Notes: a model not told the origin generated them from the letters alone. A stretch of 64,000 nt of DNA from Phycisphaeraceae bacterium (GCA_026126345.1 JAHCJH010000001.1:1205-65204); one strand, 5' to 3'. Shown: positions 1-8,942, counted from the first letter of the stretch. Numbers and translations: made by a program.

Positions 1-804
1 CAGCCGGTACCATCGCCAGCGACCGCCGCCGCACACATCCCCCGGGCCGACCCTGCCATGCCCCGCAATCGTTCCGCCCAAACCGATTCCTCCCGCCCCC
101 GGGGGCTCACCATCCTCGTGACCGCCGGCCCGACGCACGAGCCGATCGATTCCGTCCGGTACATCGCGAACAGGTCCTCCGGGAAGATGGGCATCGCGAT
201 CGCCGACGCCGCGGCCAGACGCGGGCACCGCACCACCCTGCTGCTGGGGCCCGCCCGAGTCGAGCCAACTGATTCGCGGGTGACGGTTCGCCGGTTCCGC
301 TCCACGGCGGACCTGCAGGCCCTTCTCGGCCGGCTCATGCCTCGCACCACGATCCTGATCATGGCGGCGGCGGTCGCGGATTATCGACCCCGGACCGGCC
401 CCGCTGCCCGGCGCGCGGGCGGGAAGCTCCGCCGCCGTTCCAGCGGCCTGACCCTGCGGCTGGAGCCCACCCCGGACCTGCTTGCCGAGTGTGCCCGCCG
501 TCGCCGACCCGGCCAGGTGCTCGTCGGGTTCGCTTTGGAGCCCCAATCCCGCCTGCTGGCGTCGGCACGGCGAAAGCTCGTTCGCAAAGGCGTGGACCTG
601 ATCGTCGCAAACCCGTTGGAGACCATGGACAGCCCGAGCATCAGCGCGTGGCTCGTGGGACCCGATGGCAAGGCTGAACGCGTCGGCCCGACATCCAAAC
701 TGGCGTTTGCCCGGCAACTGGTCGCTCACGTCGAAACGCTGACGCGAAGCGGCGCGGCCGCCGATCGCGGCCGCATACACCGCGCAACCTATGGTTCGCG
801 GTGA
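1..804 (+). CDS. coaB: Phosphopantothenate--cysteine ligase (CoaB domain); probably the 3' part of a coaBC gene that starts outside the window
   Basis: Translation of 58..804 has CoaB hallmarks (LTILVTAGPTHEPIDSVRYIANRSSGKMG, AAAVADYRP). The same frame has no stop back to base 1, so the true start may lie upstream of the window. ATG at 58 is the alternative start. Confidence 0.8.
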   Translation, partial: QPVPSPATAAAHIPRADPAMPRNRSAQTDSSRPRGLTILVTAGPTHEPIDSVRYIANRSSGKMGIAIADAAARRGHRTTLLLGPARVEPTDSRVTVRRFRSTADLQALLGRLMPRTTILIMAAAVADYRPRTGPAARRAGGKLRRRSSGLTLRLEPTPDLLAECARRRRPGQVLVGFALEPQSRLLASARRKLVRKGVDLIVANPLETMDSPSISAWLVGPDGKAERVGPTSKLAFARQLVAHVETLTRSGAAADRGRIHRATYGSR

Positions 805-2579
805 GTCCTCCACGCAAGCCATCGCGCGCCGCCCCCCCCAACGCCCCCGCATTTGGCCGCCCGCGCGCCCGCCGCGTCGCGCTGCCGCGTGCACCCAAGG
901 GTCGTGGACCGGGCTCGCCGCAGGGCGGCCCCGCCAGCCCCAGGTCCGATCGAGGGGCCCCCAACGCCGGATGGCTCGCCCCTGGCGCCGGACTGGTGTT
1001 TGAAGATGCGGACCTGATCATCGTGGAGAAGCCCGAGGGCATGCTGACGGCCGGCACGCCCGGAGAGAACCGCACGACCCTCTTCGATCTGATCAAACGC
1101 CACGTGCGCCGAGCATCGCCGCCGCCCCGCGACCGCCGGACAGCGCGAGACCTCGCCGCCGCTCGCGGCCAGGACCGCCCGGGACGCTCACCGGTCGGGG
1201 TGGTGCACCGTCTCGACAAGGAAGCTTCCGGTCTGGTGCTGTTCTCCAAGACCGAGAAGGCGTACACCTGGCTCAAGGACGACTTCAAGGCCAAGCGCGT
1301 GCACCGACTCTACCTGGCGCTCGTCGAGGGGGAGATCGGGCCGGTCGGCCACAACGGCACCATCCAGTCGTTCCTGAAGGAAGATCGCTCGGGCAAGGTA
1401 TTCAGCATCCGGCCCGACGAGTTTCGCGGGTCCCTTCGACCCGGCAAGGACGACGAAGATGCCGCGCGGCCGGCGGTGACGCACTACCGCGTGCTGGCGG
1501 TGCGCGATGGACGGTCGCTGCTGCAGGTGCGGCTGGATACCGGCAGAAAGCACCAGATCCGCGTGCATCTGTCGGAACACGGGCATCCGATCTGCGGAGA
1601 CTCCCGGTACGGCGCGAAGACCGATCCGCTCGGGCGCGTGTGCCTGCACGCGGCGGAGCTCGGCCTGACCCACCCGGGCACCGGGCAGAAGGGCCGATGG
1701 ACCTCCGCGGCCCCGGCGGGCATGTACACGCTCGTTGGCATGCAGCCGCCCATGACCGCCCCTGCCGCGCCACAGATCGAGTCGCCCCGGCCGGAGCGCC
1801 CGGACCGGCTCGACACGTCGTGGCAGCCGGTGGCCAACTGGTACGACGCGATGATCGGCGGTGAGGCGCCGAATGACCACTACGAGAACGTCATCATCCC
1901 GGGGACGATCCGCCTCCTGGGTCCGACCACCGGGATGCGACTGCTGGACGTGGCGTGCGGCCAGGGCGTCATCAGCCGCGCGGCGGCGGCGTTAGGGGCC
2001 GACGTTGTGGGCGTGGACGCCGCGGAAGACCTGATCAAGGCGGCCCAGCAACGCGGCAAGGGGCCGCGGTACCTGGTGGGCGACGCGCGGGAACTGGATC
2101 GGCTGGGCCTGGAAGGGCCGTTCGATGCCGCGACCTGCGTGATGGCGCTGACGAACATCGAGCCGCTCGAACCGGTGTTCACGTCGCTGTCGCGACTGAT
2201 TCGTCCGGGCGGAGGGCTGGTGTTCGTGATTTCGCACCCGGCGTTCCGCGCTCCGGGCCAGACGTCGTGGGGGTGGGATGACAAGGGGCGTCGGCAGTTC
2301 CGGCGCGTCGACGGGTACTTGTCGAACGGGCAGCACCGGATCCAGATGCACCCCGGCGAGAACCCGGACGTGGTGACGTGGACGTTCCACCGCCCGCTGC
2401 AGACCTACGCGCGCCTGCTTCGCGATGCGGGCTTTGCGATCGAAACGCTGGAAGAGTGGCCGGGCCAGCGCACGAGCCAGCCGGGGCCGCGTGCCGAGGA
2501 AGAGAACCGCGCCCGGCGGGAGATTCCGCTGTTCCTGGGCGTGCGCGCGGTGCGGCTGCCGCAATCCGCGGCGGTCTGA
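801..2579 (+). CDS. RluA-family pseudouridine synthase fused to a class I SAM-dependent methyltransferase
   Basis: Single 592-codon ORF with a GTG start that overlaps the coaB stop (GTGA). The N-terminal half has LIIVEKPEGMLT, VVHRLDKEASGLVLF and HQIRVHLSEHGHPICGDSRYG. The C-terminal half has MTase motif I LLDVACGQGVISR, then VVGVDAAEDLI and GGLVFVISHP. Confidence 0.85.
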   Translation: MSPPRKPSRAAPPNAPAFGRPRARRVALPRAPKGRGPGSPQGGPASPRSDRGAPNAGWLAPGAGLVFEDADLIIVEKPEGMLTAGTPGENRTTLFDLIKRHVRRASPPPRDRRTARDLAAARGQDRPGRSPVGVVHRLDKEASGLVLFSKTEKAYTWLKDDFKAKRVHRLYLALVEGEIGPVGHNGTIQSFLKEDRSGKVFSIRPDEFRGSLRPGKDDEDAARPAVTHYRVLAVRDGRSLLQVRLDTGRKHQIRVHLSEHGHPICGDSRYGAKTDPLGRVCLHAAELGLTHPGTGQKGRWTSAAPAGMYTLVGMQPPMTAPAAPQIESPRPERPDRLDTSWQPVANWYDAMIGGEAPNDHYENVIIPGTIRLLGPTTGMRLLDVACGQGVISRAAAALGADVVGVDAAEDLIKAAQQRGKGPRYLVGDARELDRLGLEGPFDAATCVMALTNIEPLEPVFTSLSRLIRPGGGLVFVISHPAFRAPGQTSWGWDDKGRRQFRRVDGYLSNGQHRIQMHPGENPDVVTWTFHRPLQTYARLLRDAGFAIETLEEWPGQRTSQPGPRAEEENRARREIPLFLGVRAVRLPQSAAV

Positions 2580-2598
2580 CGGGCGGCTGCGGCCAGGC

Positions 2599-4830
2599 TC
2601 ACTGGCCGCAGTTGGTGAAGAACAGCTGGATGAACGCGTCGAAGTCCTCGCCGGTGAGGAATCCGTCGGGGCCGCTGTATGGATTGCTGCTGCCGACGGT
2701 GGCGATGTCGGCCAGCAGGCGACCCTGGTTGTTCACGAACCCGGTGAAGAACACCTCGATGAAAAGGTCGAAGTCCTCGCCGGTGAGGAATCCGTCGGGG
2801 CCGGCGTTCGGATCGATGCTGCCCGAGGTGGCGATATCCGCGGGGCAGGAGGTGACGGTGATCACCGCCAGCGCCTTCTCGACCGGCGCGCTTTTGCCCT
2901 GGGCGACCCATTGGTTGTACGCGATCTGCCCGATCGGCTGACCGGTGTTCGGATTCGGCGCCACGAACGCCGGGGACGGGTCCGGCGCGTTGGTGCGCAG
3001 GAACTCGACGTATTCGCGGCTGGTGGTCTGGTGCATCACACGCACCTCGACGCGCCGCGTGCCGCCCGGGATGTCAAAGAGCGTTTCGTCCCAGTACTGG
3101 CCGTCGGCGTAGGCGTACCCCACCGGGCCCGCCTGAACCGCGCGGAACGCGGCGTTGTCGAACCCGCGCGGCGGGATGCGGTTGTCGAAGTACATCACGT
3201 TGTTCAGGTCCAGGTGGAACGATGGCCCGAGCGGCAGGCCGGCCGTCACGGCCATCGCCGCGTCGAGGCCCTGCTTGGCCTGGTACACCTTGGTGTCGGC
3301 CTCGGTCAACGTCGCCGTGGCGGCGTTGTACGAGCCGCGCTCGGCGACCAGCTGCCCGTCGCCGTCGAGGAAGCGGACGTTGATCCACATCCTGCGGCCC
3401 TCGGAGAACCCGCTGGGCAGTTTGTGGCCGGTCTGGTTGGTGATGCGCACGCGAACCTGGGAGCCCGCCTGCGTGACTTCGAGGTCCAGCGCCTTGCGCT
3501 GCATCGCCAGGTTTCGAGCCAGCGAGTCGTCCACCAGCGCCGGGATGTCCAGCCCCGATTCGGTCGGATACAACGCCTGCACGGCCCGCAGCACCCAGGA
3601 ATTCACGCCCGCGAAATTGTGCACGGGAACGTCGGGGCGCGTCGGCTGGCCGAGGTAAGGATTGCACCCGGTGGCCTCCATGCGCGGCATGTGGCAGTCC
3701 TGGCAGGTGCTGAACGACGTCCGCGTGCTGCCGATCAGGAGCTTGTCGGTGAGCACGACCATCGGCAGCCCGGTGTTCGGATCGATCACCGGCTCACCGG
3801 TGTTCGGGTCGAGCACCGGTTCGTACTTGCGCGTGACCCCGTCGAACGAATACCGGCCGACCATGCCCGGGTCGCCGTTGGGATCCGGCACCGTCAGCGT
3901 GACCGGCCCCTGCGCGAAGGCCGACATGAGCCACTCGCTGTAGAGCCGGTCGAGCGGGTACATGTCGTACTTGTTGCCGGTCGGGTGCGGGGTGTTGAGC
4001 GTGTTGAGCACGTACGTGTCGCCGGGTTGGCGGGTGAAGATGGGATTGGAGATGTCGTGACACGAGGCGCAGACCTGGCTGGTGCGATGGAATGGCGACT
4101 GCGCGAACGGGTGATAGAAGAAGGTGCCCAAATCGAACGGTCCGCGCCGACGATCCTGGTTGTCGAGCACGATTCCGTTGGCGGCGACGGGGCCCCCGTT
4201 GGAGAAGTTGGGCGGGCGGTGGATTCCCAGCCCCTCGAGCACCAGGCGGTCCTGATCGCCCAGGAGCGTGCCGTCGAGCGGGGGCGTGCCGGCCGGGGGC
4301 GACGGGAACGGGCGCTCCACGGGATCCACGGAACGGTGGCACACCGAGCAACCCACGCCGTCCTTGTCGCTGGCGATCAGTCCCGCGCCGCTGGTCGGCA
4401 CGTTTCGCGCCTGGGCCCAGCCCATCGGAGCGTGGCACCGCAGGCAGGCGTCGCCGGAGAATCCCGCGTCTCGCTCCGCGATCTGAAGCTGTGCCAGGAA
4501 GATCGGATCCCGGTACGACTGCGACATCATCGAGTACGACCACCGCGCGTGCGGCAGGAACTGCTCCCAGTGGTCCGGATCTTCCGGGTACACGCCGTGG
4601 CAACCTCGACAGTTCTGCGGCTCGACCAGTTCGTCGAACCGAAGCAGAGGGTTCTCGTCGAACACGGGGGTCCGGGGCTGATGTCCGTAGAAGTAGAAAT
4701 CGCTGAGCGTGGACGGAACTCGCGGCGGATCGCCCTGCGCCAGTCCAACGGTCGCGAGCAGCACCCCGCCCGCCGCCGCCAGGCCCAACAGCGACTTGAT
4801 CGCGAACGCTCGCTCCGACCGGCTGCCCAT
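2599..4830 (-). CDS. Secreted multihaem (5x CxxCH) c-type cytochrome with two C-terminal dockerin/EF-hand-like repeats
   Basis: ATG at 4830 gives the signal peptide MGSRSERAFAIKSLLGLAAAGGVLLATVGLAQG; the track start at 4854 is a GTG 8 codons upstream. Five haem-c motifs are present: CRGCH, CLRCH, CSVCH, CASCH, CQDCH. NQTGHKLPSGF resembles a multihaem cytochrome motif. The C-terminus has two repeats ADIAT.GS..P..GPDGFLTGEDFD.FI..FF. Confidence 0.85.
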   Translation of the reverse strand: MGSRSERAFAIKSLLGLAAAGGVLLATVGLAQGDPPRVPSTLSDFYFYGHQPRTPVFDENPLLRFDELVEPQNCRGCHGVYPEDPDHWEQFLPHARWSYSMMSQSYRDPIFLAQLQIAERDAGFSGDACLRCHAPMGWAQARNVPTSGAGLIASDKDGVGCSVCHRSVDPVERPFPSPPAGTPPLDGTLLGDQDRLVLEGLGIHRPPNFSNGGPVAANGIVLDNQDRRRGPFDLGTFFYHPFAQSPFHRTSQVCASCHDISNPIFTRQPGDTYVLNTLNTPHPTGNKYDMYPLDRLYSEWLMSAFAQGPVTLTVPDPNGDPGMVGRYSFDGVTRKYEPVLDPNTGEPVIDPNTGLPMVVLTDKLLIGSTRTSFSTCQDCHMPRMEATGCNPYLGQPTRPDVPVHNFAGVNSWVLRAVQALYPTESGLDIPALVDDSLARNLAMQRKALDLEVTQAGSQVRVRITNQTGHKLPSGFSEGRRMWINVRFLDGDGQLVAERGSYNAATATLTEADTKVYQAKQGLDAAMAVTAGLPLGPSFHLDLNNVMYFDNRIPPRGFDNAAFRAVQAGPVGYAYADGQYWDETLFDIPGGTRRVEVRVMHQTTSREYVEFLRTNAPDPSPAFVAPNPNTGQPIGQIAYNQWVAQGKSAPVEKALAVITVTSCPADIATSGSIDPNAGPDGFLTGEDFDLFIEVFFTGFVNNQGRLLADIATVGSSNPYSGPDGFLTGEDFDAFIQLFFTNCGQ
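2638..2803. repeat. Pair of identical 37-nt direct repeats (2638..2674 and 2767..2803), 129 nt apart, inside the cytochrome gene
   Basis: gtcgaagtcctcgccggtgaggaatccgtcggggccg occurs twice, read directly. On the minus strand it encodes the GPDGFLTGEDFD core of the two 43-aa C-terminal protein repeats. Confidence 0.9.
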
Positions 4831-5040
4831 GCTGCTCTCCCGGGACGCCAACACTCGAATGCAGGCCGAACTTCGGCCGGAGCCCGCGTGCGCACCGATG
4901 GCGGCGCGACGATGGCATCCTGTTTGTTATTCGGTCGGACAGAACGGCTGTTCCAACGGAAGTGTGAACCACGACTCCGCCACCCGCCATGGTCCGGCGT
5001 GAAATCACCGATACGCACGACCCCCACGTTTCGGGCGTGC

Positions 5041-5961
5041 TCAGCCGTTGCCATCGCCGATAACGTCGACGTGCTCCACGGCGGGGCAGAGTCCGGCCTC
5101 ACGCCCCGAGTGCAGCAGCGCCTCCACGGCGCGAACGCCCTCGGGCCGGCAGTCGACCGTCCAGCGGTTCACGTACATCGACACGTAGCGGTCCAGCTCC
5201 GCCGGGCTCTTGAGCGGTGAGAACGTGCCGGCGTAGGACAGGGATTCGGCCCGATGAGCAAGAGCGATGTCGATGGAGCGCCGCAGGGTGCCGACGATCT
5301 CCGAGAGCGTGCCCGAGCCGTACGTCGCCTCGAGATCGCGCCGAACCAGATTTGACCCCAGCGGCATCGGCAGGCCCGTCCGCTGGGTCCACCAGGCGCC
5401 CAGGTCGCGCAGCAGCGTCAACCCCGCCTGGGCGAACGTGAGTTGGGCTTCGTGGATGACCACGCCCGCGTCGGCGCGACCCTCGACCACGGTGCCGATG
5501 ACGCGGTCGAACGGCACTTCCACCGGCGTGAACCCCGCCGGGCCGAGCAGCGCGCACAGGGCGCAGTACGCCGACGTCCGGCGGCCGGGCACGGCGATGC
5601 GTGCACCGCCCCGCTCGAGCCGCTCCATGGTGCAGCTGGCCGGGGCGACGATCTTGGGGCCGTACCCCTCGCCGAACGACGACCCGCACGCGGTGATCGC
5701 GTACCTCGACCGTACGAAGGGGTAGGCGAAGAACGAAGCCGCGGTGATCTCAAGGTCGGCCCGATCGATCGCCCGCAGGTTCAACTCCTGGATGTCCGCC
5801 GGCAGGGCTCGGAAGGCAAACCTCCCGGTATCGATGCGCGCCGGCGCGACGACCCGAAATGGCGGGGCGGGATCGATCATCCCTGTGATCGGCCACCACA
5901 TGAACACGTCGTCCGCGTCGGCGGAATGAGCGAGCGTGAGAATGGGTCGTGAATCGCGCAC
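5041..5961 (-). CDS. mqnD: MqnA/MqnD-family menaquinone (futalosine pathway) protein, likely 1,4-dihydroxy-6-naphthoate synthase
   Basis: GTG start at 5961, 10 nt after the purF stop. LTLAHSADADDVFMWW, DIQELNLRAI, EITAASFFAYP and GSSFGEGYGPKIVA match the MqnD-type periplasmic-binding-protein-like fold pattern as I remember it. Confidence 0.7.
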   Translation of the reverse strand: MRDSRPILTLAHSADADDVFMWWPITGMIDPAPPFRVVAPARIDTGRFAFRALPADIQELNLRAIDRADLEITAASFFAYPFVRSRYAITACGSSFGEGYGPKIVAPASCTMERLERGGARIAVPGRRTSAYCALCALLGPAGFTPVEVPFDRVIGTVVEGRADAGVVIHEAQLTFAQAGLTLLRDLGAWWTQRTGLPMPLGSNLVRRDLEATYGSGTLSEIVGTLRRSIDIALAHRAESLSYAGTFSPLKSPAELDRYVSMYVNRWTVDCRPEGVRAVEALLHSGREAGLCPAVEHVDVIGDGNG

Positions 5962-5971
5962 GGCGAGCGCC

Positions 5972-7459
5972 TCAGGAGAACATCCGCAGCTGGGGCGTGA
6001 GCACCTCGTCGGTGCTGGGGTGCTCGACGTCGATCCGGTAGTCGCCCGAGTAACACGCGGTGCACCAGTGGGCCGCCGGCGGGCGCACGCAGCTCAGCAG
6101 CCCTTCGAGCGAGAGGTACGCCAGCGAGTCCACGCCCAGGAACTGCCGCACCTGCTCGACGCTCCGGCCGGTGGCGATGAGCTGGTCGCGCGTCGCGAAG
6201 TCGACGCCGAAGAAGCACGGATGGCGGATCGGCGGGCAACTGATCCGCAGGTGCACCTCCCTGGCCCCGGCCTGACGCACCTGCTCGATCTTGGCCTTGG
6301 TCGTGGTTCCCCGCACGATCGAATCGTCCACGATCACCAGCCGCTTGCCGCGCACGATGTCGCCGATCACGTTGAGCTTCAGCCGCACGGCAGCGACCCG
6401 CTGGGCCTGCGTCGGCTTGATGAACGTCCTGCCGACGTACCGGTTGGGAACGATCGCCTCGCGGTAGGCGATGCCGCTGGCGCGGGCGAAGCCGATCGCG
6501 GCGGACCGGCCCGAGTCGGGCATGGGCACAACCCAATCGGCCTCGGCGGGGCTCTCGCGTGCCAGCGCGGCCCCGAGCGACTCCCGGACAACCTGCACGT
6601 TCTGGCCGAACACCGTGCTGGCCGGGTTGGCGAAGTACACGTGCTCGAACACGCAGTGCGCCGGCGGATCGGCGACCTCAGCGAAGCGCCGTGACGACAC
6701 GCCCGCGTCGCTCAACGTGACGATCTCGCCCGGCTCCACCTCCCGGTCGAACGTCGCCCCGATCACGTCCAGCGCAATCGTCTCGCTGGCGACCACCGGG
6801 CGGCCGTCCGGCAGCGTTCCGAGCACCAGGGGTCTCCAGCCCCAGGGATCGCGCGCGGCCTCGATGCGGTCGGGAAACAGCAGAACGATGCTGAACGCCC
6901 CCTGCAGGTGCCGCAGCGTGGCCGCCAGCGGATCGACCGCCCGCTGCTGCTCGGGGGAGGCCAACAGGTGCACCACGACCTCGGTGTCGCTGGTCGTGTG
7001 GAAGAGGTGCCCCGCTTCTTCGAACCGGCGCCGCAGCGCGCCGGCGTTCACCAGGTTGCCGTTGTGCGCCACCGCCACCTGGCCGCCGATGTACGACTCC
7101 AGCAGCGGCTGGGCGTTGCACGCCAGCGACCCGCCCGCGGTTGAGTACCTGGTGTGCCCGATCGCGCCGCGCTTGGCCTGCGCATCCAGGCGCGACAGCA
7201 CCATGTCGTTGAACACCTCGGGCACCAGCCCCTGGCCCGTGTGCGCCGTCAGGCCCACCCCGTTGCTCACCGCGATGCCCGCGGCCTCCTGGCCACGGTG
7301 CTGCTGCGCGTAGAGGCCGAGGTAGCAGTGCGTCGCGGCGTTGGCCGTGCCCCAGACGCCGAAGACTCCGCACTTCTCCTTCTTCTCCCCCATCAGTTCC
7401 CGTTGCCGCTCCGCGGACATCCCCGACTCGAGCACCGAAAGTCGCACCGTCCGCGCCAT
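5972..7459 (-). CDS. purF: Amidophosphoribosyltransferase
   Basis: Ntn-amidotransferase N-terminus KEKCGVFGVWG after a short propeptide. PRTase motif VIVDDSIVRGTT. C-terminal Fe-S cysteines (CFFGVD, CTACYSGDY). The start could be an internal ATG (7420 or 7393). Confidence 0.95.
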   Translation of the reverse strand: MARTVRLSVLESGMSAERQRELMGEKKEKCGVFGVWGTANAATHCYLGLYAQQHRGQEAAGIAVSNGVGLTAHTGQGLVPEVFNDMVLSRLDAQAKRGAIGHTRYSTAGGSLACNAQPLLESYIGGQVAVAHNGNLVNAGALRRRFEEAGHLFHTTSDTEVVVHLLASPEQQRAVDPLAATLRHLQGAFSIVLLFPDRIEAARDPWGWRPLVLGTLPDGRPVVASETIALDVIGATFDREVEPGEIVTLSDAGVSSRRFAEVADPPAHCVFEHVYFANPASTVFGQNVQVVRESLGAALARESPAEADWVVPMPDSGRSAAIGFARASGIAYREAIVPNRYVGRTFIKPTQAQRVAAVRLKLNVIGDIVRGKRLVIVDDSIVRGTTTKAKIEQVRQAGAREVHLRISCPPIRHPCFFGVDFATRDQLIATGRSVEQVRQFLGVDSLAYLSLEGLLSCVRPPAAHWCTACYSGDYRIDVEHPSTDEVLTPQLRMFS

Positions 7460-7496
7460 GCAGCGAGTGTAGCGACGCCGCGCCGCCGCACGCGAC

Positions 7497-8108
7497 GTGC
7501 CTTCGCGGTGGCCCGGCGTCGGGGAACCCGGCGAAACAAACCGCCCACTCCTCGGTGCGCTTGCCCCGTCGGCACGGACCGGCGCTCACCGGCAACGACG
7601 CCGCCAGTTCTTCGAACCTCGGCGTGCTCACCGGCACGCTGTCGCACGTCGTGAACAACGCCCCCCCGCCGGCGGCGGGTTCATCACGGGCCTGGTGTTC
7701 AATCTGCCGTCGGTCGGCGCGGCGGTTCTGGCATCGACCACGAACGCTGCGTTCCTCAACACAGGCTCCGAATCGGCCGCGCCCTTCGGCACCTTCGACG
7801 CGGGCGCGGCGCTCGGCGCCAACTGGCTCGGCGGAGGCTCGCCCAACGCCGGCGTGGGCGTGGGGCAGTCGGTGTCGCTGGTCTTCACCATCACCTCGGC
7901 CGGCGCCGCGACTCTCTCGGCGTCGCAGTTCATCGGCCATGCCGGCGAGACGAACATCGCCCTTCGATTCCGCGGCTTTGCCGACGGCGGCTCCGACAAG
8001 GTGCCCGTGACTTCGGATCCTCCGCCACCGGTCGTGCCGGCCTCGACGGCCGCCGCCGGCCTGGCGCTCGGTCTCCTGGCCGTCGCCCGGCGGCGTCGGC
8101 CCGCCTGA
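7497..8108 (+). CDS. PEP-CTERM-like anchored protein; start unclear and a probable frameshift at a C7 tract (7661..7667)
   Basis: The C-terminus VVPASTAAAGLALGLLAVARRRRPA has the PEP-CTERM arrangement (hydrophobic helix plus Arg cluster). High third-position GC supports this frame only downstream of about 7680. Upstream, third-position GC favours the 7555 frame. No signal peptide is found in any frame. Confidence 0.5.
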   Translation: MPSRWPGVGEPGETNRPLLGALAPSARTGAHRQRRRQFFEPRRAHRHAVARREQRPPAGGGFITGLVFNLPSVGAAVLASTTNAAFLNTGSESAAPFGTFDAGAALGANWLGGGSPNAGVGVGQSVSLVFTITSAGAATLSASQFIGHAGETNIALRFRGFADGGSDKVPVTSDPPPPVVPASTAAAGLALGLLAVARRRRPA

Positions 8109-8146
8109 AGCCCAAGCGAGCCATGCGAACCGAATGCGAACCTCCC

Positions 8147-8175
8147 CTTGACCCGGCCGACCGGCCGGGCTTTCA
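8147..8175 (+). promoter_or_regulatory. Candidate sigma-70 type promoter upstream of rpsD
   Basis: TTGACC (8147..8152), a 17-nt spacer, then TTTCAT (8170..8175), about 130 nt upstream of the rpsD ATG. Sequence match only. Confidence 0.3.
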
Positions 8176-8305
8176 TTGAGTCCAGGCAACCGTTTGCCCG
8201 GATCTCACCCTGTCCGACCGCAGCCGCGGCCACCGGACGCAGATCGTTCGCCACCGGCGAACACGCCACGGGGTTTCGGCCCGGCAGTGGCGACGGAGGT
8301 ACGTC

Positions 8306-8905
8306 ATGGCCCGCTACATCGGTCCGAAGGTCAAGCTGTCTCGTCGCGTCGGGGTTCCGATCGCGGACAACCCCAAGCACACGTCCAAGCGTCAGCTGGT
8401 GTTCCCGGGCATGCACGGGTTCCGCGGGCGCCGCCTGCGCGACTACGGCCTGCGCCTGAACGAGAAGCAGAAGGTCCGGTACCACTACTCGGTGTTGGAG
8501 AAGCAGTTCCGCCGCTACGTGGCCGAGGCCGGCGCCGCCAAGGGCAACACGGGCGAAGTGCTCATGCGGCTGCTCGAGCGGCGACTGGACAACGTTCTTC
8601 GGCGCGCCGGGCTGGCCCGCACTGTCTGGGCGGCCCGCCAGCTGGTGGCGCACGGCCACGTGCTGATCAACGGCCGCAAGACCGACCGCCCGTCGGCCGC
8701 CGTTGACGTCAACGACGTGATCACGGTCAAGCCCAAGATCCAGAAGCTCGTGCGCGAGAACATGGAATCGCTGGCCGGGCACACCGTGCCCCAGTGGCTG
8801 GACCTCAACCCGTCGGAACTGACTGTCCGCGTGGTGGCCATGCCCACCTCGGACCAGATCCCGTTCGACGTGAACCCGAACCTCATCGTCGAGTTCTACC
8901 GCTGA
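8306..8905 (+). CDS. rpsD: 30S ribosomal protein S4
   Basis: MARYIGPKVKLSRRVG, an S4 RNA-binding domain (RLDNVLRRAGLARTVWAARQLVAHGHVLINGRK) and a GGAGGT RBS at 8295..8300. Confidence 0.97.
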   Translation: MARYIGPKVKLSRRVGVPIADNPKHTSKRQLVFPGMHGFRGRRLRDYGLRLNEKQKVRYHYSVLEKQFRRYVAEAGAAKGNTGEVLMRLLERRLDNVLRRAGLARTVWAARQLVAHGHVLINGRKTDRPSAAVDVNDVITVKPKIQKLVRENMESLAGHTVPQWLDLNPSELTVRVVAMPTSDQIPFDVNPNLIVEFYR

Positions 8906-8913
8906 ACCCGCAC

Positions 8914-8942
8914 GCGGCGGCGCGGACTTCCCGCGCCGCCGC
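8914..8942 (+). terminator. GC-rich hairpin after rpsD (possible terminator, no U-tract)
   Basis: Perfect 12-bp stem gcggcggcgcgg / ccgcgccgccgc with loop acttc, starting 9 nt after the rpsD stop. No T-run follows. Confidence 0.45.

Noticed and set aside
4940-4956. Sigma-54-like element (TGGAAC-N5-TTCT on the minus strand) upstream of the cytochrome gene
   Set aside because: The -12 element lacks the conserved GC (it reads TTC instead of TGC) and no enhancer-binding protein gene is nearby. This is probably a chance match.
2425-5220. 931-aa plus-strand ORF covering the cytochrome and mqnD-type region
   Set aside because: It is antisense to two genes with clear motifs (CxxCH haem sites, MqnD-type pattern). 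The product is Arg/Gly/His/Val-rich with no recognisable motif, which is typical of a high-GC shadow ORF.
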